Assembly: GCA_963816365.1 (NCBI GenBank) | Contig: CAWFKG010000005.1 | Span: forward strand, 457,850-521,849 | Direction of reading: 5' to 3' | Length of the DNA stretch: 64,000 bases | Source of the DNA: an uncultured Bacteroidales bacterium | GTDB lineage: Bacteria; Bacteroidota; Bacteroidia; Bacteroidales; VadinHA17 | Shown: positions 30,775 to 41,791 of the stretch, one piece after another | How the letters are laid out: each line of letters begins with the position of its first letter | How positions within the stretch are numbered: position 1 is the first letter of the stretch | Notes under the pieces: model-generated | Databases searched by the model: none | What the model saw: only the letters and a program-made list of their open reading frames with translations | What the model was told of the DNA's origin: nothing | Translations under genes and position numbers: made by a program

Positions 30775-33700
30775 AATCCGGCATACAATAAGAGAATAGT
30801 AAAATATTGAGTATGGTAATTACCTTCAGTTTATTTGAATGATACAGGGGAGCATTGTTACCGTAAACTACCAGAGCTGACCAGAAGTACGGATGAGACC
30901 TCAACTGATCGGAATTCTTTAAAAATTCCATTCTGGCTTTCTTTAAAGAAACACTCTTTGAATATCCTTTTTTAAGATTATTATAGAACATCTCAACAAT
31001 CTCTGTCCCTGATTTATCTTCAATCTCCCACATCGACATGACAACAGACTGACTTCCCGAATAAATAAAGCCACGGGCAAGACTTAAAATGCCTTCACCT
31101 GAATATAGCAATCCGGTACCCGTATTGCACGAACTCAGAACTACCATTTTTGCTTTAAGCGGGATGCCATAAATCTCGATATGTTTTGAGATAACCATCT
31201 TCCGGAGAATCATCATCCTGGCTGAAAATCAGTGTTGAATGCATAGGCTCCTTGTCATTGAGAAGAGTATGCATTGCCAGATGTATTATATCATATTTCC
31301 CTGATTCCTTCTTAAAAACTGATTCTTTTGCTTCACTGTTCTCATATAGAATTCCATTAGTCAGATCAGTTACGTACTTTGCCTCCTGCCGTGCAAACGG
31401 CAGATCATTCAGCTTTCCTAATCCTCCCTGTCTTGACATTATAGCTGACTGGATATCAATTGGTTTGGGATAATCGGGAGCAAATGCTATCAGCTTGTTA
31501 GTCTGTGCTGTTATCTTTCTTTTCTGATTCCGCGGTAAATGTTGCTGAATAGGTATACGAAATATCAAAAATGTTCATAAGATAATTAAGATCCCTGTAC
31601 ATAAGGCCTTTCTGTGAACCTTAGAAGCAGGAATAGTTTCAAATGGAATATATGAAAGAATATTATCTGGTGATATACATATCTTATCAGAAATCAGATA
31701 AGGTCTTACAGGCTCAATCAGGGATTTATACAATCTATCACCGACCTCCTGAAATTCTTTAAAATTCAGAGAGGAATTATCAGTTGGTGAGGGCATCGCC
31801 AATAAGTCTCTGAATTTTCGTACATCTTTAAAAAATAATGAATCAACCGGAAGTACAATTAACTGCTGGTTTTTTCTGTTTGCAACAAAAGTATATAGCA
31901 GGTTATCAGACAATATATAATTCACATAATTCACATTATTGCCAAGGATCTTTGGAATATCCTTAAGCTCAGCCACATGAGTATTATATTTGATCGAATA
32001 ATAGACCGGATATTCTTTTTCAAATACCAGAATCAATGAATCTCTGGATCGTATAGCGTCCAGAAGGTTTTCTTTCAGCTTATTGATCAAAACAGGGTTA
32101 GTTGTCTCCATAGCAGCCTCTTCATACAATCGTGCATTAAACAGACTTATATCCCCTTGCAGCTTCTTCTCATAATCACCTATTCCGGATGGAATATTAA
32201 GTTGTGTAGCCTGTAATTCCCTGGTTGAGGTCAGCAATCCTGCAACCTTGCTTTTTTCCGAATACTCGAATGCTTTTTCCAGATAAACACGATCAGTGTG
32301 TCTTATTGAAAAGCAGGTTGAAATCGCGTATTGCATTAAGATAGGAATCCCGGTACCGGTCACCCAGAATCAGTCTGCTGTCATCCTCACTTATATTTAT
32401 CCTGACTTTTTCAAGGAGCGAAACTATTAATTCAGAGGTATTTGCAGCAGCTAACAGGGATTTCTGGTCTTTCGATTTTTTATAGATATCCCACAATATC
32501 CTGTATTTTGTATTTAGTATCCTTAAAGATAGTCTGTCGGGTTTTATTTTATCTATTGAGGGATTAATATAGTTTTCCGCGATCTTTGCCGGCTGGTCAG
32601 GTATAAGCAGAGACTGAATTGTTTCAAGTGCGTTTAACAGTTCACCGTCATCATCCTGCGACAGGGAATATCCAATAAGAACACGGGTCTTAAGAGAGAT
32701 ATCCTGGTCATTATTCTGAAGGTATTCAATGCACTTTTTTAAACAGGCGAGCGACTTTTTATTATCAATTTTGTAATCACGAAGGTAGCTGGCATAATTG
32801 AGAAGAACCTCTATATAGCTGCGATTAGATAATCCATATCTGATTTTTGCCCGCGTCAGAGCATCTTTGAGTAACTCCTCACCCTGTTGTGCTTTACCAT
32901 TGTCGGCCAAAAAAATTGAGTAACTATTAATTATATTGTATGCCATTGGTGAATTATTGGCAATTGCGATAGCAATTACCTTTTTATAATATTCCTCTGA
33001 TTCAGCCGTCAATCCAAGAGCGCCGTATGTTATTGCTAAACTATTTATAAGGTTTATTGAGTTGTCACTGGTACTTAAGTTAAATTGCTTATAAACTGAT
33101 TCTGCTTTATCCAGATATATCTTAGCCTTAGAGAAATCTGCAAGCCTGGTATAACACCCACCGAGGTTTCCATAAAGACCTGCTATTATCTCGGGTGAAA
33201 CTTTTCCGGGTTTGACGTCTACGATAGCCAACCCATTGTTAGAATAAATCAATGTATTTTCATACTCCTGCAATTCCAGGAATGCCGCACTGAGACTAAG
33301 GTAAATTCCTGCAAGAACAGGACTGGATTCTCCATTTATTTTTTTCTCAATCTCGAGTGATTTGAATGAATACTCTTTATGCTTTTTAAAATCGCCAAGA
33401 CTAAAGTATGCTGACCCCAGATTATAAAGGGCTTTGGCATAACGTTCGTCGTATTCGCCGTCTTTCCCTTTAATTGCTAAACAAAGATCGAGGTACCTGA
33501 TTGATTCATTATAATCCTTTTTTATAAGATTATAGATCCCTATGATATAATATGATTCTGATAATAATGTATCTGCAATATTATTGGCCTTGATTTTCAG
33601 AATTAATTTTTCAACTATAGGACCGCTATTTGCCGTATCTCCATTTTTGAGCAGATGCATAAGCGCTTCATTGATCTTTTCAATCTCCTTTTCCGATTTC

Positions 33701-33855
33701 TCAATTGTACCTGATTCTATATAACTAAATGAATCATGGTCCATAGATGGAACGCAAATAATTCCCTCGCCGGCAACCTGGGAGTACCGGATAATCGTGG
33801 AAGAAAGAAGCAAACAAATCAGACCAAATCGGGAAATTTGCTTTTTAAAATTCAT
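30566..33855 (-). CDS. signal-anchored TPR-repeat CHAT-domain (caspase-fold) protease; frame-disrupted at least 4 times
   Basis: Fragment 32293..33918 is best started at ATG 33855 (MNFKKQISRFGLICLLLSS) and contains many TPRs. Fragment 31575..32363 follows. An unlisted frame segment near 31480-31600 reads KGLMYRDLNYLMNIFDISYTYSATF. Fragment 31155..31568 has the His box IIHLAMHT. Fragment 30566..31216 has the Cys box VVLSSCNTG, then HPYFWSALVVYG and a terminal TM. The junction KTY|EIYGIPLK is restored by deleting one C. Confidence 0.75.
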
Positions 33856-34088
33856 GAAATGACTGCATAATTTAGAGATTCCCCATTTATGTATTCCGGC
33901 CAAAGATAATAAAACCAAATCAAAATCATTATTTTGTTAAAAAATCAAGGTCTGTAATTATCTGATTATGTGTATATAAAAAAATATTTCAAAAATAATT
34001 GATTTTTTCGTGTCACAAATCGATATCATCCGACATGTATGAGTGTAGAAATTTAAATTAAGAATTACCCTGACTAATAAAAAAAGCT

Positions 34089-34223
34089 ATGAAAACCCTG
34101 AATTCAAAATTAATGAGTGACATTTTTGCAGAATTTGAACTTTCCAATGAAGAGATGATTTGTGTTCGTGGCGGAGAAGGTGATCCGATAATAAAACCGG
34201 TTCAGCCTCCGATAATAATCTGA
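34089..34223 (+). CDS. 44-aa double-glycine-leader peptide precursor (predicted PCAT substrate)
   Basis: My translation (below the ORF-track cutoff): MKTLNSKLMSDIFAEFELSNEEMICVRGG|EGDPIIKPVQPPIII*. The leader L(-12)S N E E(-8)M(-7) I C V(-4)R G G fits the LSxxELxxIxGG consensus. A dedicated terminator follows. Confidence 0.7.
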   Translation: MKTLNSKLMSDIFAEFELSNEEMICVRGGEGDPIIKPVQPPIII

Positions 34224-34234
34224 AAGCTTTTATC

Positions 34235-34260
34235 TCTGTTTTAGAGAAAACAGATTTTTT
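34235..34260 (+). terminator. intrinsic terminator of the GG-peptide gene
   Basis: TCTGTTTT (34235-34242), loop AGAG, AAAACAGA (34247-34254), then T6 (34255-34260). Confidence 0.7.
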
Positions 34261-34438
34261 GTTGTCTTATACTGTAAGTTATTTATTGTAAGATTCATCT
34301 TATAATATAATAAGTAATCAGAATTGCTTCTCCGAAGCGTTGTTTATAGAGCTATGCTACTGATATTGTGCAGGTTATATGATTGCACTGAAGTGGTGAA
34401 TAATTAGGATTAATTTGTAACGATATAATATATTATCT

Positions 34439-35189
34439 ATGAAAACAATTGATTTTTCATATTTCATCGAGAGGTATAATGCCGGAGAGATGAGTGATAC
34501 TGAAATACAATGGTTCCGAAAGGAGCTTCAGGGAAATGATAAGCTCCGGGATGAGGTCAATCTCAGGAAGCGAACTGATGAGATTCTGAAACGGCAGAAT
34601 GTTATGGCATTACGCAGTAAGCTCTCAGCAATTGAAAATCAGAGAAAAGAGGTAAGTGAACCTGTAAAAAACTCAAAGAAGACGGCCTTAATAAGATATG
34701 CAGCCATTATATCGGGCATCATTCTTATTGGAAGTATCACATTGTACTCAGGGAAAAATCTGAACAGTGAGAAGATCATGAAACGCTATTATAAAGTGTA
34801 TGAGCCACCTACCAGCCAAAGGTCGGCTCTTGCCGGAACTGATGCCGAGTTCACTCTGGCACTGGAGTTCTATAATACGCATGATTATCAGAATGCAGCC
34901 ATTCTCTTCAGCCAGGATGCTTGAAAAGAAGCCAAATGATATGCAGACAGCTCTATTAAAAGGAGTATCAAATTTCGAAGAGAAGAAATATCCCGAAGCC
35001 AAACAGTCATTCGGAAAAGTAATTGATGACAAGAACAACCTTTATATTGATCAGGCTCAGTGGTATCTGGCCCTATGTTACCTCAACACCAATGAAACGG
35101 ACAAAGCAAAACAGCTCTTCAGAATAATTGGAAACGAGGGCGGCATATATAAAAAGGATGCTAAAAAGATAATAAGAGGACTAAAGTAA
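34439..35189 (+). CDS. single-pass membrane protein with an anti-sigma-like N-terminus and extracytoplasmic TPRs; one frame disruption
   Basis: 34439..34924 has FIERYNAGEMSDTEIQWFRKELQGNDKLRDEV and the TM IRYAAIISGIILIGSITLY. 34800..35189 has TPRs (KYPEAKQSFGKVI.., AQWYLALCYLNTNETDKAKQLF). The junction LFSQ|MLEKKPND is restored by deleting one G near 34917. Confidence 0.6.
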
Positions 35190-35268
35190 ATAGCTGAAGG
35201 AAATCTATTATTTAAAATTAATAACGTGTCAGTAACTCACGGGAATAGCCAGGATAATAGTCAACAAT

Positions 35269-36027
35269 ATGGATTCATCGAATAAAATGATAAGTTGTCC
35301 AACAGTTTTAACAGGGATCTCTCATGAAATGAGAACGCATATGAATGCAATCGTTGCATTCTCGTTTCTCATGAAAGATAATTGTTGCAACAATTCAGAC
35401 CGCGATGAATTCAGCAGCCAGATTTTAATTGCATGTGAACAGTTAATTGGTTTGTTTGATAGCTTTCTTGATTCAGCCATAATTGATACGGGTAATTCAA
35501 AGGCTGATTCAAAAATTTGCAGGCTCGATACTTTTCTTGATGACCTTCTTTCAGAATTCAGGGAAGAACTAAAAAAAGAAGGTCATAAGGAAATTGAGCT
35601 TGTCACCGAGATCCAATTCTCAAATTCTGCAGAGGTTAATATTGATAAGAACAAGATTTACAGGGTAATTCGAAGTCTGTTCCAGAATTCAATAAAAAAC
35701 ACTAAGTCAGGGTATATCAAAATTGGATACTTTCTCAGGGACGATAAAGTAAACTTCTATGTTCTCGATTCCGGCCAGGGCTATTTCAAATGTAAGGAAT
35801 TCATTCAGACAGAGGATTTAAATGAATCGCTGATACTTCACAATGATACCTATACAGCTATCAATATTACCCTTGCCAAGAAATTAATTGAGATGCTTGG
35901 AGGAACTATTTTCGTTGAATGTAACGGGCTTACAGGAACAGGAGTCTATTTCTCTGTTCCGGCAAAGTTAGTAGTCAGCTCTGACATTAATATTAATAAA
36001 TATTTAAATACCATGATCGCGATCTGA
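35269..36027 (+). CDS. soluble histidine kinase core (HisKA plus HATPase_c) with no input domain
   Basis: H box GISHEMRTHMNAIVAF. N box FQNSIKNTKSG. G boxes LDSGQG and GLTGTGVYFSVP. No TM segment and no receiver domain. Confidence 0.75.
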   Translation: MDSSNKMISCPTVLTGISHEMRTHMNAIVAFSFLMKDNCCNNSDRDEFSSQILIACEQLIGLFDSFLDSAIIDTGNSKADSKICRLDTFLDDLLSEFREELKKEGHKEIELVTEIQFSNSAEVNIDKNKIYRVIRSLFQNSIKNTKSGYIKIGYFLRDDKVNFYVLDSGQGYFKCKEFIQTEDLNESLILHNDTYTAINITLAKKLIEMLGGTIFVECNGLTGTGVYFSVPAKLVVSSDININKYLNTMIAI

Positions 36028-36077
36028 TATAAGCTAATGTCATTTTTTTTAATGTCTGAATTCAATCAGCAAAAGAG

Positions 36078-36112
36078 CAAATGGCTGTTTTACCAATAGA
36101 CAGCCATTTTTT
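36078..36112. terminator. bidirectional hairpin terminator between the kinase gene and the ompA-like gene
   Basis: AAATGGCTGT (36078-36087) pairs with ACAGCCATTT (36099-36108). It is flanked by an A run upstream and a T run downstream. Confidence 0.7.
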
Positions 36113-38052
36113 TATTTTGTTAATTCAACAATCTTTGCTTCAGTCCGTCTGTTCAGTTTTCTGCCTTCGGAGGTGATATTATCTCCAAGAGGTGAAGTAT
36201 TTCCATAGCCTTTGTATTTTAGTCTGTCAGAAGAAATTCCCTTCTTTATAAGATAGTTGACGACTGACAAAGCCCTTTTTTCAGACAAGGTCTGATTATA
36301 TTCAACCGATCCGGTCGAATCGGTATAACCTCCGATTTCCATAACCAGATTCTTATTATCCGACAGAAGATTTGCCAGGTTATCTAACTCTGTCATTGAT
36401 TCCTGCTTTAACTGCCATGAGTCAATTTCATAGAACACATTTGACAGTTGCATCTTCTCTCCTACTTTTGCAGGATTCAGCACGATCCTTTTTATATATG
36501 GTTGAGAAGCACTGTGCTTTCCCGCAAACATAAAGTTTTCAGAATAAAAAAGATAACCTGGTTTACTGACATTTATGCCATAATTATAGCCTGAAGGCAG
36601 GCATACCAGAAAATTACCGGTTTCATCTGTGGCATTTTTAAAGATAATCTTGCCAGTTGACAGATTAATAAGCTCATAATCTGCCTTTAATAATTTGCCG
36701 GTTTCCTTATCGTATACCTTTGCCTTTCATATAAGAGACAGGATTCGGTCTTGCAGATTCATACAAATCAAAAGAAAATATATCTTTTCCGTTAGACTTA
36801 TCCCTGACAGATGAATAATAGGCTTTTTGTCCACCTGATTCTATTATCAGACCCATTTCATCATTCCAGGTATTAATAGGATAACCAAGATTCTTAGGCT
36901 CAGTCCATGTACTGTCATCTTTCAGCCTGGTCACATATAGATCAAACCCTCCCATTCCTACCCTTCCGTCGGATGCAAAATAGAGCGTTTTCCCATCGAA
37001 GTGAATGAAAGGTGACATTTCATCTCCTTCGGTATTAATCAAACCTCCCATGTTCACAGGTTCTATCCATTGATTCTTCGCATTCAATCTTGTATACCAG
37101 ATGATCTTTGCCGCCAAATCCTCCGGGTCTGCTGCTCGAAAAGAAAAGTGTTCTGCCATCTGCGCTTACTGAGGGTGTCGACTCCCAGTGTTTGGTATTT
37201 ACCGGAGCTCCCAGATTTGATGGTTCAGACCATTTGCCATTGCTGAAAGCTGAAAAATAAAGATCACAGTTTCCTAATCCGCCCGGCCGGTTACAGGCAG
37301 TAAAGTACATGTAACTTCCGTCGGAGGAAAGAGTTTGGGCTCCTTCATTCTGATCAGTATTCAACGGAGCTCCTGCATTGTATGCGTTCTGCCAGACCTT
37401 GTTCTCAAAATGACTGACATAAAAATCCTCCTGGACAATTCCTTTGAACCCCGGATTATTAGTTATATTTGGCTGCCGTGTAAACATAAGTGTCATTCCA
37501 TCAGCGGTTATGGAAGGCCAGTATTCGTCATCACTTGTATTTATCCCGGGACCTACACTTACCGGACTGAAGGGCACCGGTTTCTTCATTTCCTTGATTG
37601 CAAATTCACAGTTTTTAATGCTTTTTACATGCTACTGCTTTGTTCTTGGCTGACATCCCTTGCTGTGCCTCATATACCTTGAAATGAATCAGCGCATCAG
37701 CGTAACTTCCCGACATCATTTCAGCATTTGCCAGATTGAAAAAAACAGGCTTGAAAAAAAGAGAATCAAGCTTTACAGCTGATCTATAGTTAACGGCAGC
37801 TTCACTATACCGGTTTTGCTTTTCCAGCAGTTCTCCCAGCATAATATATGCTTCATAGAAAGTCTTATCAATAGAGATTGCTGACCTGAAATCATTTTCA
37901 GCTTTTATGAAATCGAGGTAATCATAAGAGGACACTCCTTCTTTATAAATTTTAAGAGCTCTATTTGAGTTTGTATGCAAGCTCTGGGCAATTCCTGACA
38001 AGGGAAAAAAACAGCAGATCGTTGAAATTAATATAGTTTGAAAGTACTTCAT
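36112..38052 (-). CDS. TPR / PD40 (TolB-like) / OmpA-C-domain outer-membrane-associated protein; frame-disrupted 3 times
   Basis: Fragment 37615..38052 has the signal peptide and TPRs. Fragments 37035..37589 and 36707..37159 have PD40 repeats (DEYWPSITADG, SADGRTLFFSS, FDGKTLYFASD). The frame of 36112..36531 extends upstream to ~36720 (KVYDKETGKLLKADYELINLSTGKII..) and ends in OmpA_C (GYTDSTGSVEYNQTLSEKRALSV). Confidence 0.75.
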
Positions 38053-38059
38053 TATTGAA

Positions 38060-38689
38060 TCATGGAATATGCATGTATTTGTGAACCTGAAGTGAAATTT
38101 TCCAAACCGGGTTTTTCTTAATATAGCTAACTATCTCAGGTATAATATAATCAAATCTGCTCCACTCAGGTTGAAGATATAATCTGCATTTATTGTTAAC
38201 CATTCCACGATATTTTTCTGCCCATTCAAAATCGCTTTTATCCTGTACAATAACTTTAAGCTCATCAGCAACCTTACAGATCTTAGAGTCAGGCGGCATG
38301 TTTTTTTTCGGTGAAAGACATATCCAGTCCCAGGTCCCGCTCAACGGATAACCTCCGGAAGTCTCTATAAAAGTACTGATATTTTTGTTTTTTAAACAGC
38401 TGCAAAGCAAATCAAGTTTCCACATCAGCGGTTCCCCTCCTGTTACGACGACAGAATCTGCACCTGAGTCAATAACATGGTCTATGATTGTTTTTGTATT
38501 AACCATAGGGTGCATATCAGGATTCCAGGCAAAACGTGAATCACACCAGCTGCATCCGATATCGCATCCTCCCAGTCTTATAAAATATGCTGCTTTGCCG
38601 GTATGAAATCCTTCCCCCTGCAAAGAAAAAAACTCTTCCACAACCGGCAGTAATATTCCATCTGATATTATCCTGGACTTTGATTTCAC
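38060..38689 (-). CDS. queE: 7-carboxy-7-deazaguanine synthase (radical SAM)
   Basis: VVEEFFSLQGEGFHTGKAAYFIRLGGCDIGCSWCDS is the QueE CxxxCxxC cluster context; ~209 aa. Confidence 0.85.
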   Translation of the reverse strand: MKSKSRIISDGILLPVVEEFFSLQGEGFHTGKAAYFIRLGGCDIGCSWCDSRFAWNPDMHPMVNTKTIIDHVIDSGADSVVVTGGEPLMWKLDLLCSCLKNKNISTFIETSGGYPLSGTWDWICLSPKKNMPPDSKICKVADELKVIVQDKSDFEWAEKYRGMVNNKCRLYLQPEWSRFDYIIPEIVSYIKKNPVWKISLQVHKYMHIP

Positions 38690-38707
38690 GTTGTTAATAC
38701 TTCAAGT

Positions 38708-40501
38708 CTAATTCTTTGTACCGAAAAGTAAGCCATATTCAGAAGAGCGTGCTGTTTTTACCCATTTTTCAGGAATAACTTTCCAGTTATTCAGAGGAAC
38801 AGGGTTTATAGATTTCTTAGCTTCGATCGATTTCAGGATGAAATACCGTAAATCGCGATCAGTAGATGAAATTAGCCGCTTTCTTAGTTCATCTTTTGGT
38901 ATACCTGCGCCTTCCGTAAAATGGCCTCCTCCACCGTTACCACGATAAGAGTTAACTGCAACTTTATATGTTTTATTATGTTCAAAAGGTCTTCCATCAG
39001 TAAATCCTTTTATTGTAATTCTTGATCCTTCCGGTTTGCTGACATCGACAGTATAATCTATACCAGCTGCCGAATCAAAATTGTACGATTGGTTTTTAAA
39101 CCAGGCTTTGCCATTTGTAATTGTTGGTTTTCCATCTTTTCCGGTACGTAGATTAAGCAACATATCTGCTGGTCCTCTCATCGTATTATACCATCCCGAA
39201 TATGAATACTCAAGATATTTCTTTACCTCGTCACCTGTCAGCGACATGGTATAAAGCATGTTTTCAAACCTGTAAAGCTTGAACATATCTCCGACTGTGA
39301 CAGGTCCTTTATTGATCTGAACATCAAATGACAACGGTGCGGCAAATGAAATATCCGCACCTGTTATTTCCAGCTGGATCGTATGGATCATGTCTACAAA
39401 TGCAGAAGGACCGAAATAAGCATCCCTTGACGATATTGTCGTGGATATAGTCCCAATTTCCCTGTTCACATACTCATTGATCGTATTAAATTGAGGTGTG
39501 AACATGGCAATAAATCCCGAATCTGGCTTGTAATCAGCTACATTGAGTATCTTACCGCTCATTTGCAGATGTTTCTTTCCACTAAGTGTCCTGTGCGAAA
39601 AGATGATATCAGCTTCCGCCAGCTTTTCTGATCTGCTGCCTCCATTTAATATCAAAACAGTGTCTCCTGCTGAATTAACAAATTTTTCATTAGCCACCTT
39701 ATGATCATGACCGTTAAAAATAATGTCAAATCCGGGAACATTATAAGCGACAGCGGCAGAGCCATTTTCATTCAGATTATCAGTAGCTTCTGTCTTACTC
39801 TCATTTCTGTTCCACCCCGAATGAAATAATCCGATTACAAGGTCTGGTTTTTCATTCAGTAGAACAGGCATCCATTTTCGTGCAGTTTCGACCATATCCC
39901 GGAATTCAATACCCTTGTAAAGTTCCTGTGGTAACCAGTTCGGGATTGCAGGCGTCACAAGTCCTAACACAGCAATTTTAATACCATCTTTCACAATAAT
40001 CTGGTAAGGCTTAAAATACGGTTTGCCTGTTTTTATATCTACTGCATTGGCAGCAAGCAAGGGGAAGTTATATTCCTTAACCAGCCTGTCATAAACCGAG
40101 TGACCTGTTTCCACATCATGATTGCCTGCAGTAACCGCATCGTATCCCATATAATTCATCACATCAGCTACAAAATGAATCGAAGCAGTATCAATAAAAT
40201 TATAATAGTATACTTCCGGTTGTCCCTGCAGATTGTCTCCGTCATCGAGAAGAACCGTTATCCCTTTTTTCTTTCTTGCCTGCCTTATATAATTATATGA
40301 TGACGCCATGGAAAAATCAATCTTCTTTTTTTCAATGAAATCGTATGGAAGTATTACTCCGTGAACATCGGTGGTTTCTATGATCCGGATATTCTTTTTA
40401 CCGGTTCCCGAGCATGAGACCAGGAGTAATATGGCAAGTAATTTAGCTGTCAGGAATAAAATTGGTCCTCTCTTCATTTTTAGAATAATTTGAATGCCCA
40501 A
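38708..40501 (-). CDS. bifunctional metallophosphatase / 5'-nucleotidase lipoprotein (UshA-like)
   Basis: Lipobox LLLVSCSG. Metallophosphatase motifs TTDVHG, DDGDNLQG, GNHD, GHDH. C-terminal 5'-nucleotidase domain. The probable ATG is at 40477. Confidence 0.8.
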   Translation of the reverse strand: MGIQIILKMKRGPILFLTAKLLAILLLVSCSGTGKKNIRIIETTDVHGVILPYDFIEKKKIDFSMASSYNYIRQARKKKGITVLLDDGDNLQGQPEVYYYNFIDTASIHFVADVMNYMGYDAVTAGNHDVETGHSVYDRLVKEYNFPLLAANAVDIKTGKPYFKPYQIIVKDGIKIAVLGLVTPAIPNWLPQELYKGIEFRDMVETARKWMPVLLNEKPDLVIGLFHSGWNRNESKTEATDNLNENGSAAVAYNVPGFDIIFNGHDHKVANEKFVNSAGDTVLILNGGSRSEKLAEADIIFSHRTLSGKKHLQMSGKILNVADYKPDSGFIAMFTPQFNTINEYVNREIGTISTTISSRDAYFGPSAFVDMIHTIQLEITGADISFAAPLSFDVQINKGPVTVGDMFKLYRFENMLYTMSLTGDEVKKYLEYSYSGWYNTMRGPADMLLNLRTGKDGKPTITNGKAWFKNQSYNFDSAAGIDYTVDVSKPEGSRITIKGFTDGRPFEHNKTYKVAVNSYRGNGGGGHFTEGAGIPKDELRKRLISSTDRDLRYFILKSIEAKKSINPVPLNNWKVIPEKWVKTARSSEYGLLFGTKN

Positions 40502-40593
40502 ACTTATGAAAGATTAATCATTTCTAATTATTATGATGCATGTTATTGATCATTTAGGGACTATAAGCATATATTTGCCTATAAAATCTACAT

Positions 40594-41770
40594 ATGGTAA
40601 TTACAGGACTGGAATCTATTTTAAACAATTTTCCTGCCAAACTCAGAGGAAAAAGGATAGGGATCTTATGTCATGCTCCAAGTATCACAAGGGATTTCAG
40701 ACATATCTCCGAGGTATTCTTCCGGAGGAAGGACTGCAAATTAGCCGCACTTTTCGGACCCCAGCACGGATTTCATGGACAGACTCAGGACAATATGATC
40801 GAATGGCAGAGTCAGCAACATCCGGTATTTGACATTCCTCTTTTCAGTTTATATGGGATGAATCGTAAACCTGCACCCGAAATGCTTAATTGTATAGACG
40901 TTTTATTAATTGATCTTCAGGATGTTGGAGCCAGGCTATACACTTATATCTGGACTGTCAAGCTATGTATGGAAGCATGTACTGAAGCAGGGATCCCGGT
41001 ATGGTTACTTGACAGGCCCAATCCTATTTCGCGCATTGCATGTGATGGTCCGGTTCTGAAAAAAGAATATTTCACATTTGTTGGTGGTGCATCAATACCG
41101 TTATGTCATCGCATGACAATAGGAGAAATGGCTTTGTGGCTCAGGGACAAGTACTTCCCTGGCTGCGACCTGAATGTGGTTACTATGCAAAACTGGCATA
41201 GATCTTCATTATTCAGTGAAACAGGCCTGCCCTGGGTTTTGCCATCACCGAATATTCCAACCCTTCAGATCAGCCATGGTCTATCCCGGAACTGTGCTCA
41301 TTGAGGCATTAAATCTTTCCGAAGGAAGAGGCACGACAATACCGTTTGAACTTTTTGGTGCTCCCTTCATTAACTCTGATAAACTAAAAAGGAATCTTGA
41401 TTCCAGGAAGATAGACGGATGTGTCTTCAGGCAACATGACTTCATACCTACATTCCATAAATTTACCGGTGAACTTTGTTATGGAATGCAAATACACGTT
41501 ACCGATGCGAGTGTTTTCAGGCCAGTCGGAACAGTCATCGAAATTTTTGATGCTATTATTGAGACAACTGATTATGAGGCTCTTAAATTCAAGGCTCCAC
41601 CATATGAATATGAATACAATCTGATGCCATTTGATATTTTATCGGGTGATTCGGGAATGAGGGAAACTTTAATTTCCCGGAAAAATATCAGGGCCGAAAA
41701 GGAAAGATGGGCTCACGAATCAGATGCATTCAAGAAAGAATTTCAAAATATAGCAGTCTACCCTGAGTAG
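40594..41770 (+). CDS. DUF1343 family protein (NamZ-like exo-muramidase family); one frame disruption
   Basis: 40594..41304 has GLESILNNFPAKLRGKRIGILCH...ALFGPQHGFHGQTQD. 41174..41770 overlaps it in another frame and has GTVLIEALNLSEGRGTT.PFELFGAPF. Confidence 0.75.
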
Positions 41771-41791
41771 GTCAAAAGACTATCGGATTAC

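Noticed and set aside
40533-40832. 99-aa plus-strand ORF overlapping the DUF1343 start
   Set aside because: It is an alternative frame of the DUF1343 N-terminal region. The DUF1343 frame carries the family motifs.
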